Assembly (NCBI GenBank): GCA_964016885.1 | Contig: OZ024744.1 | Location: 79,174,001-79,238,000, forward strand | Origin: Eledone cirrhosa | Taxonomy: Eukaryota | Length of the DNA stretch: 64,000 nucleotides | Reading direction: 5' to 3' | Shown: positions 55,538 to 64,000 of the stretch, one piece after another | Layout of the letters: each line of letters begins with the position of its first letter | Position numbering within the stretch: position 1 is the first letter of the stretch | Notes under the pieces: generated by a model | Database searches by the model: none | Told to the model about the DNA's origin: nothing | Seen by the model: the letters and a program-made list of their open reading frames with translations, nothing else | Made by a program: the position numbers and the translations under genes

Positions 55538-56323
55538 TATAATTAATTAACCAATAATTAATTATATGAACAAATGACTGGATTCATCAGAATTAATAAA
55601 AAATACAAGAAACATTTTTACCTATTCAGGTCATTTTTTTTTTTTTAAAATCCAATCATTTCTTCATATAATTAATTAACCAATAATTAATTATATGTTT
55701 TATGAGTTGGAAGAAACAAGCCTAAAATAAGAAGTTCATACATATAGTAGTTTACTGTAATAAATCTCATATTTTGAGCTGTAATAACTTCTTTACCTAC
55801 TCTTATTTGTTTTCTTATTCGAAAATGTTTTATCTAAACTATATATGTATTAAATTAAAAATGCGAGGAAATAATAGACAAAATATATCCATCTTTTCTT
55901 CAAAGTTCTGACTGCAATTTCGCCAAATCAGTTTGCAACACTTTATGCACTATAGAAGTGCACCATCACTGTAAGGCTTATCAAGAGACCCCTCAGTTAA
56001 TGGACTGTTTCTTGACCTGACTGTAACAAGTGTTAAATTCTCGATAGGTGGAGGGAGAAATTAACACATGATACAGCAGTCTCAGAAGGGAGGTAAAGGT
56101 GGACAATAAGCGAATACTGTATATATTATATTGGAGAGGAAATGGGCACTGCCAAACATTTCTAAGATTCACTGAAATGCCATGACGGGCACACTGTCAA
56201 ATGTCTAGAGTGACACTTCAATGACTAGCTACATCAGTGGCAGGAGTATTTGATTGCTTGATTGATTGATTGACTGATTGATTATTGAAAAATTAAAAAT
56301 GTTGTTCTTGTATTGATCTTCAG

Positions 56324-56460
56324 GTGTAATGGATGTCAGATGAATCCTATCACTGGATCCCGATTTGAATGCAGAGTTTGTAAAAAGTTTGATTTTTGTG
56401 AAAACTGCTTTAAGACAAAACGAAACCATAAGCATCCTTTCAATGGGATACCTGAACCAG
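56324..56460 (+). CDS. HERC2: HERC2-like exon 13 (ZZ-type zinc finger)
   Basis: cttcag|G acceptor and G|gtattt donor; CNGCQMNPITGSRFECRVCKKFDFCENCF...HKH. Confidence 0.94.
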
Positions 56461-57425
56461 GTATTTTAAAATGTTTTTTGTTGTTGTTGTTGTTGTTTTA
56501 ATGTTGTTCGAGGAGACAGTAGACGCCAAGGAAGACCAAAAAGGACTTGGATGGAGGATGTTTGTCGGGATCAAGCTAGGCTTCGCCTGGCCCAAGTAAG
56601 ACTGGCGGACAGAAACACATGGAATGGGATGCTAAGGAGCCTTGTCATGCAGGACCCACCCCTACTTAGCGATTAATTGTGTGCTGCATAATCAAAAACT
56701 GGATGATGATGGTGATGGATCTGTGTATTTCTGGGAAGGAGATCAAGTATTGGTCATCTGCATGATAAGCGATGTAAAGTGGTTAATGATATAAAAGGGC
56801 ATCCAGCCATAGAAAGCTTGGCAAACAAATGGTTGATAGGACTCTTCACTTGTGTCAAAGATATGATAACCTCCCTAGTGTTGGTGATCTACACAATAAA
56901 TGCACCCAGTACATCCTGTAATTTTTAATATCCTGTAATAATTTCACTGAAAAATCTAGAAGCTGATTATTTATGGTATCTTAATTTATAAGTGAAGGTA
57001 CATGGCTTAGTGGTTAGAGAGTTGGATTCGCAATTGTGAGGCTGTGAGTTCAATTCTCGGACCGGGTGACATATTGTGTCCTTAAGCAAGACACTTTATT
57101 TCACGTTGCTTCTTCTGCTGACTGGTAGATAGTATTAGCAATGGTTTGTTTCCTTGGTCCGATTTGATGAGGTCCACCCCACTCAGCAAACGAATGAAGT
57201 CTGTTTATATATTAGCATTGTGAAAATTTGCAGTGTTAGATAAAAATCAAAAATTTTAATTATTAATTGGAAGCCGTCAGTGTTGTTTTTTGCATTTCAA
57301 GAATGTCTTACTAATGTGGTTTCATGTGGTACAGGATGTTAAAAGTTAATTACTGTCTGATTGGTAACAGAACTGTTATTGCAAATCCTTGACTAATTTA
57401 TTCAATTACACAGTTTTTATTTACA

Positions 57426-58620
57426 AGGGGTGATGATATCACACACTAGAGATGATTGAGGAAGGAAGGGGTGATGACGTCACACACTAGAGATGATTGA
57501 GGAAGGAAGGGGTGATGACGTCACACTCTAGAGATGATTGAGGAAGGAAGGGGTGATGACGTCACACACTAGAGATGACTGAGGAAGGAAGGGGTGATGA
57601 CGTCACGCACTAGAGATGACAGAGAAAGGAAGGGGTGATGACATCACACACTAGAGATGATTGAGGAAGGAAGGGGTGATGACATCACGCACTAGAGATG
57701 TTTGAGGAAGGGATGATGACGTCACACACTAGAGATGATTGAGGAAGGAAGGGGTGATGACGTCACACACTAGAGATGTTTGAGGAAGGAAGGGGTGATG
57801 ATGTCACACACTAGAGATGACTGAGGAAGGAAGGGGTGATGACGTCACGCACTAGAGATGTTTGAGGAAGGAAGGGTAATGACCTCACACACTAGAGATG
57901 TTTGAGGAAGGAAGGGGTGATGACATCACACACTAGAGATGTTTGAGGAAGGAAGGGATGATGACGTCACACACTAGAGATGTTTGAGGAAGGAAGGGGT
58001 GATGACGTCACGCACTAGAGATGTTTGAGGAAGGAAGGGGTAATGACCTCACACACTAGAGATGACTGTGGAAGGAAGGGGTGATGACGTCACACACTAG
58101 AGATGTTTGAGGAAGGAAGGGATGATGACGTCACGCACTAGAGATGACTGTGGAAGGAAGGGTGATGACGTCACACACTAGAGATGTTTGAGGAAGGAAG
58201 GGGTGATGACGTCACACACTGGAGATGTTTGAGGAAGGAAGGGATGATGACGTCACACACTAGAGATGTTTGAGGAAGGAAGGGGTGATGACGTCACGCA
58301 CTAGAGATGTTTGAGGAAGGAAGGGGTGATGACGTCACACACTGGAGATGACTGAGGAAGGAAGGGATGATGACGTCACACACTAGAAATGACTGAGGAA
58401 GGAAGGGGTGATGACGTCACACACTAGAGATGACTGAGGAAGGAAGGGGTGATGATGTCACACACTAGAGATGACTGAGGAAGGAAGGGATGATGGCGTC
58501 ACGCACTAAAAATGACTGAGGAAGGAAGGGGTGATGACGTCACACACTAGAGATGACTGAGGAAGGAAGGGGTGATGATGTCACACACTAGAGATGACTA
58601 AGAGACGAAGGGGTGATGAC
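57426..58620. repeat. 41-bp minisatellite, about 29 units; reverse complement of the 12.3-kb array
   Basis: Unit CACACTAGAGATGACTGAGGAAGGAAGGGGTGATGACGTCA. Confidence 0.97.
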
Positions 58621-59326
58621 AAACTACAGAAAACAGTGTCTAACATTCACTACACTTGTGTGTACAATCTATATATAAATATGAGAGACTTATTGTTGTA
58701 AGTGTTTCTGTGTTTGCACATTTACAATAACATACTCACACATGTGTCAGTGTGTTGAAAAAAATTCTAGTGTTCGTAAAAGAGAAATGCTTACACTTTT
58801 TTAATATATTTTTCTCTCTCTTAATCCTTTTGATACCAAAATGTCTAAAACTATCCCTGGTTCTACAATACAAAGCTTTGTTTTAAAGGGCTTATATTCA
58901 TCTAAAAGCCTTTCAGGATAATTCAATGTAAGAACCTTTGTTAAGTTATATTCCAAATACCAGTTTTATAATGAGAAAATTAGTTATATTATTTCAAAAT
59001 CCCTTGAAATTCTTCGTTATTTTCGAAATTAAGGAATTTTTTATTTAATGTTTACTACATTTTACAAACAGAAGTTATACAATGATGGCATATTAAAAAA
59101 AGAAGATAAAAACCAAAAAAAATTAAGTAATGAAAAAACAAGGGGGAAAGATTAAACTAGGACAGATTTGGCTGTATAGGAAAGGACTATTATAATCATG
59201 GGTTGAATATTTCATTAAAATTTGGTGATGAATGGGGTTAAAACACCTCAGACTATTTTGTGTGTTTTTGAATGATAATAAAAAATTAAATGACCATGTT
59301 TGCATTTATTGTTCTCTCCATTGCAG

Positions 59327-59514
59327 GTTGTGAACCAATTGATGTTGGAAAACCTGGAAAACAGAAACAATTGACTGCTGTTGGTAATGGGTCACTCATT
59401 GACAACTGGCACATGTGTGTGAAAAACTTGACTGTTTCTTCAAGAGAAAACCAGGCCTCTCGATTGATTGATGAAGGAAATGGTTATTGGCAGAGTGCTG
59501 GGTCACAAGGAAAA
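59327..59514 (+). CDS. HERC2: HERC2-like exon 14 (DOC/APC10 domain, start)
   Basis: ttgcag|GT acceptor and AAA|gtatgt donor; ...CVKNLTVSSRENQASRLID...YWQSAGSQGK. Confidence 0.93.
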
Positions 59515-60635
59515 GTATGTTGGAATTTAAGATTTTTTTTTTTTTTTTTACTTTGCTAAGAGTTGATGGAATTGGGACAAATATCTTGGCTGTAATTCCT
59601 AAGTGAATTCTTTTTTTTTTAAATTAAAATATTCAGCCAAATACTGTTGTAAATTTAATCATATTTTAAACATATATTAATATATGATTAATTGAATCAT
59701 ATATTAAACATCACTATCATCATCATCATCACTCTTTTATGTCCAATTTCCATACTAACATAGGTTAGACAAAAACACTCTACAGTATGGACTGGGAGCT
59801 TTTTGCCGTGACACCTATATGACCACTTTATAGTGTGGGCTTGGTCCTTTTTGTCGCGACACATATATTAATAAATAATAAAATAAGTGGTTGGTGATAG
59901 GAAGGTCATTTTAAAAAGGGTTTGAAAAGACACTTCGATTGGGTTGAGAGTACTACGACTTCTCTGGCGCTCATGACATGATAAAATGCACCCAATACTC
60001 TCTATAAAGTTGTTAGTGATAGAAAGTGCATCCAGTCTTAGAAATCTTGTCAAACAAAGAATCAAGAGAACCAGTCAATTGTGTCGAGAATGGGACAACT
60101 TCTCTAGTGTTGGTGATCTTCATGATAAAATGCTGGGTATACACTGCAGAAGATGGGAACTATGTGAGTGAAATGTGTGTATGTTGGGGGAGGGGTGGGG
60201 GCTTCAATTAAATACTGACTCGGTCTTTTATGACCCTTTCAACCCTTGGTAGCAGGAAAAAAAGGCACTAGATGACAATGACGATGATCATTTAGTAATA
60301 TTTATCAAATAATCTATTAACATAATAATTTATATAGTATATTATTTATTTATTTATTCAATTTAAACGTCTGTATAGAGTTAGTAAGCCACAATGGACT
60401 AGGGGATGTTCTGTTATAGTTGGTAATCAAAAAGCGCTAGTGAGACAAGTAATGAAAAAGAACAAAGAAAAAAAACTAAAAACTAAAAGAAAAAGGAGAA
60501 AAAATAAAATATTAAAAATAAAACTTCAAATATTGAAGGCCAATGGGAAGGAGATTATGCATAAGAAACTGAGAAAATTTTGTTTTTTACTTTTTATTTA
60601 ATTTATTTTAAATCCTGTTTTTTTCCATTTCAAAG

Positions 60636-60833
60636 CACTGGATTTGCCTGGAAATGTATCAAGATATTCTTGTAAGTCGTCTGCAGATGAGGGTTGAACC
60701 TACGGACTCCAGTTACATGCCGTCACTTGTTGTTGTCAGTGGTGGTGACTCTGTACACACCTTGAAAGAACTGAGAACCATCAATATCTGTGTATCTTTC
60801 ACATGGGTTACCCTGCTCGAAGATATGACAGTA
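60636..60833 (+). CDS. HERC2: HERC2-like exon 15 (DOC domain)
   Basis: ttcaaag|CAC acceptor and GTA|gtaagt donor; HWICLEM...DSSYMPSLVVVSGGDS... Confidence 0.93.
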
Positions 60834-61082
60834 GTAAGTTGTTGTTGTTGTTTCTCCCCCCCCCCCCCCCTCCTCATCCTTATTTAGTAAAGGTTTATTA
60901 TGTGTTCTGAAAACATACATGTTTTATTACTTTAAAAAAAACCAACAACAATATTTAAAAAGTACCTTATTTATTCTAACTTCCTTTCAATTAATTAAAT
61001 GTTAAAGAAGATTGCATGCTTATGAAATTTTTATCGTCTCAAATTTTAATTTCTATTTTTTTCTCCTTTTCCATATTTTCAG

Positions 61083-61361
61083 TACTATCGGTTTATAGAA
61101 ATTGCTATCAAACAGTGTCGAAGCAGTGGAATTGATTGTAAAGTCCATGGCTTAACAATTGTGGGACGAAGGAAAGTGGACGAAGATGATAGTGCTGCCA
61201 ACTTTGCTTTCTTGGCTTCAGATGACGAAGATGACCAAAGTAGCTCTCTGCAGGGGTGTAGGAAGAAGACCAGATCATCAAGTTTCAGCGAAATACAGAC
61301 CCATGTATGTGTGTGGGGCTTAAATGACAAAGATCAACTTGGAGGACCAAAAGGCTCGAAG
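61083..61361 (+). CDS. HERC2: HERC2-like exon 16 (DOC end and start of RCC1-like domain)
   Basis: ttttcag|TAC acceptor and AAG|gtaaga donor; YYRFIEIAIKQCRSSGIDCKVHGL...VWGLNDKDQLGGPKGSK. Confidence 0.95.
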
Positions 61362-62964
61362 GTAAGAAACAATTTTTTAGCCCTTTCCTTACCATATTTC
61401 TAATGAATTACACTGTAACCCTAACCCATGAAATACTGAATTTGAATTAATTAACCTTTTAACATTTAAACCGGTCATATCTGGCCAGAATTCTCTCACC
61501 TCTTTCTGTTCAAACTGGTTGTAACCAGCAACTTATACTGATATTAAGGTATTGTTCTCAAGATAAATAACATCAAAATCTAATAGATTCGCTATAATGT
61601 GAAATAATTATTTGAGATAAAGCCTTTACCATGAAAATACAATAGTAAATATAGAGTAATGTTAAAGGGTTAATGAAGAAGCTGAAGGTGTTTACTAAAA
61701 TTAATTATTTGATGATTACAATAATATTTGTGAGATAACTTAACAAAATGCTTTTACATCAAGTTATGTTGGATGAGTTTAATTTAAATAGGAACCCTTT
61801 AAAATGAATGGTTCTGTTTCATAGAACCAGAAGCAGTTTTGGGAAGGTGGGTATCAAAAGGAGTAACAAAGAATTTGGAGCGATTTAGTTATTTCATTAA
61901 GATAGTATTTATGACATATCTTAACAAAAGATTTTTATATCAAATGATTCTTTCTAAAATTGGCACAAGCCCAGAAATTTGAAGGAAGGGGAAAGTTAAT
62001 ATTATCGACCCCAATGCATTACTGGTACTTTATTTTATTGACCCTGTAAGGACAAAAAGCAAAGCAGCCCTCTGCGAGATTTGAAATGAGAACATAAGAA
62101 GGTTGTAACTTAGCACTGCAAATAATTTTGCCTAATACTCTTAACCCTCTATTATTATATTTTCATGGCAAAGGCTTTATCTCACATAATATGTAATCTA
62201 TGAGATTTTGATGATGTTATCATTTATTTTGAGAACATTACCTTAATGTCAGTATGTGTGGCTGGTTATGGCTGGTTTGAACAGAAAGAGGTGAGAGAAT
62301 TTCTGGCCAGATATGGTTGGTTTAAATACTAAAGGGTTAATGGGTGGTTTTGTTTTTTAGAATCAGAACAGTTTTTGGTGGGTTGATTTGAAAAGAGTTA
62401 AAATAGCATTAAATTTATGCCTTGAATTTGTATGTTGAATTGCTGGACTCTTTCGTTTAGTATCTTATTTTAAAAAGCATATGCAGTTTGCTGCGACATT
62501 TAATTTTGAAACATGCCATTTCCACACCTCTTGTGTTGATTAATATTACTACTACTACTACTACTGCTGCTGCCACCACTACCACCACCTCTTTAAACTC
62601 TCTTTAATATTTTTGTTGTTTAATCCTTTCATTAACATATTTTTAATGAAAAACTCTGCCTATGGTACCTACATTTCTGATATAGTTACTATAAAAATAT
62701 GTAGACTACATAAACACTGTTACATATATGTTGACAGTGTAAAGTACCTACACTTCTAATATAGTTACTATAATAACATGTAGACTACATTAACATTGTA
62801 ACTAGTGTAGTGTTGGAAGTAAATAAATCTTATGATTTATCAGGGCATTTGGATGATTTGTAATTAGAAATGTTGAAATCCGAACACAAATTCTCTACAA
62901 TGATAATAGTGATAGAAAATTGAATAAAATTCCCTTAAGGGCAGAAAATGTGTGGCCAGCAGCC

Positions 62965-63350
62965 ACTTCTTCTTCTTGTGCCACCACTGTATCAATGTTT
63001 GACAAACCATGAGATTCCATGCTGTTCAATCTCGGGCGAGCTCCCATAATTCTGCGGCTTTGATGTTGAAATTGTCAAAAAAGGACCTCCATTGAAGATC
63101 TCTGGCACGCTTCCTTCCCAGGAATATCTCCGCTAATGGAAAGGTCTTCCAGCATGCCTTTCCTGATGACATGTCCTAGGAACATTAGTTGTCTCTTTTT
63201 AATAGTGAGCAGTATCTCACGTTCCATCCACACTCTCTTCAAAATCTCTTCATTATTTATTTGCTTGACGTAGGATATCCTGAGTATTCTGCGATAGAAA
63301 TACATCCCGGTAGACTGGAGGTATCTTCATGTCTGATTCATGAAAGTTCA
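62965..63350 (-). mobile_element. RTE-type LINE C-terminal fragment
   Basis: MYFYRRILRISY...NEEIL...IKKRQLMFLGHVIRK. Confidence 0.75.
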
Positions 63351-63531
63351 CAGAAGCGTTGACCACCCACTACAGGGAATCAAACTCTGTATTTCTTGAA
63401 TTCTGGTCGGGTAATTTAACCTTTACACCAAATGGCAGCTGACAGCAGTATTTGATGTGGTATATGTTGTGATGTATGGTTTAACATATACAGTGGTTTT
63501 TATATTTTTATTTTTATATTTATATTTACAG

Positions 63532-63613
63532 ATCAAATTGCCATTCTTGAATGAAACTTTGTCAGCTTTAAAATGTGTCCAGATTGCTGGAGGATCAAAG
63601 AGTTTATTTTGTG
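63532..63613 (+). CDS. HERC2: HERC2-like exon 17 (RCC1-like repeat)
   Basis: ttacag|ATC acceptor and G|gtaagt donor; IKLPFLNETLSALKCVQIAGGSKSLFC; gene continues beyond the window. Confidence 0.93.
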
Positions 63614-63689
63614 GTAAGTTTTTTGTTTGTTTGTTTGTTTTTTACAATATTGCTGTCTAAATTATTGGTATGCATTATTAATTTTCAAT

Positions 63690-64000
63690 AGGAAGGACAT
63701 CCAGTCGTAGAAAGCTTGCCAAAAAAAGGGTTGAGAGGACCCTTCAGTCATGTCAAAAACATGGCGGCCTCCCTAGTGTTGGTGATCTATACAATAAAAG
63801 CACCTTGTATACGCAGTAAAGTGGTTGGTGATAAGAAGGGCATCCAGTCATAGAAAGCTTGCCAAAAAAAGGGTTGAGAGGACCCTTTAGTCATGTCAAA
63901 AACATGATGGGCTCCCTAGTATTGGTGATCTACATGATAAAAACGTATTGTATACGCAGTAAAGTGGTTGGTGATAAGAAGGGAATCCAGTCATAGAAAG
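63690..64000 (+). repeat. Tandem units of about 140 bp from the RTE-tail/SINE family
   Basis: gaagggcatccagtcatagaaagcttgcc occurs three times; the same motif family is dispersed at about 2480-2850, 5325-5590, 7743-7990, 11865-12130, 25655-25890 and 56760-56920. Confidence 0.7.

Noticed and set aside
56996-57070. Possible tRNA gene (A-box TGGCTTAGTGG, B-box GAGTTCAATTC)
   Set aside because: Continues into the SINE core sequence and lacks a clean acceptor stem; it is a SINE head

Overview
Eukaryotic (animal) genomic DNA, AT-rich and dominated by repeats. The SINE, microsatellite and Penelope content resembles a cephalopod (octopus-like) genome, which is an inference. The whole window lies inside one + strand gene, a HERC2-like giant HECT E3 ubiquitin ligase. 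I could place 17 internal GT-AG exons (3093 nt, about 1030 codons) that join in phase without stops. They cover the UBA-like, CPH, ZZ zinc finger and DOC/APC10 domains and the start of an RCC1-like repeat domain. One intron of about 33.4 kb splits the UBA-like domain. The introns hold a decayed Ty3/Gypsy LTR element (LTRs, PBS, PPT, 4-bp TSD), Penelope-like elements with inverted pLTRs, TTAA-flanked piggyBac-type MITE families, Tc1/mariner MITEs, Helitron-like elements, RTE LINE fragments, tRNA-derived SINEs and several minisatellites. Three signals stand out. (i) Several distinct type I hammerhead-ribozyme-like motifs are present, many embedded in (TA)n tracts, and most sense-strand copies carry core lesions. 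(ii) A 41-bp minisatellite carrying the CRE palindrome TGACGTCA occurs as two inverted arrays 45 kb apart with a shared unique flank. (iii) The HERC2 exons show an apparent excess of CpG-type Arg->His/Cys/Gln changes at positions I recall as conserved. Most ORFs in the supplied track are microsatellite artefacts.
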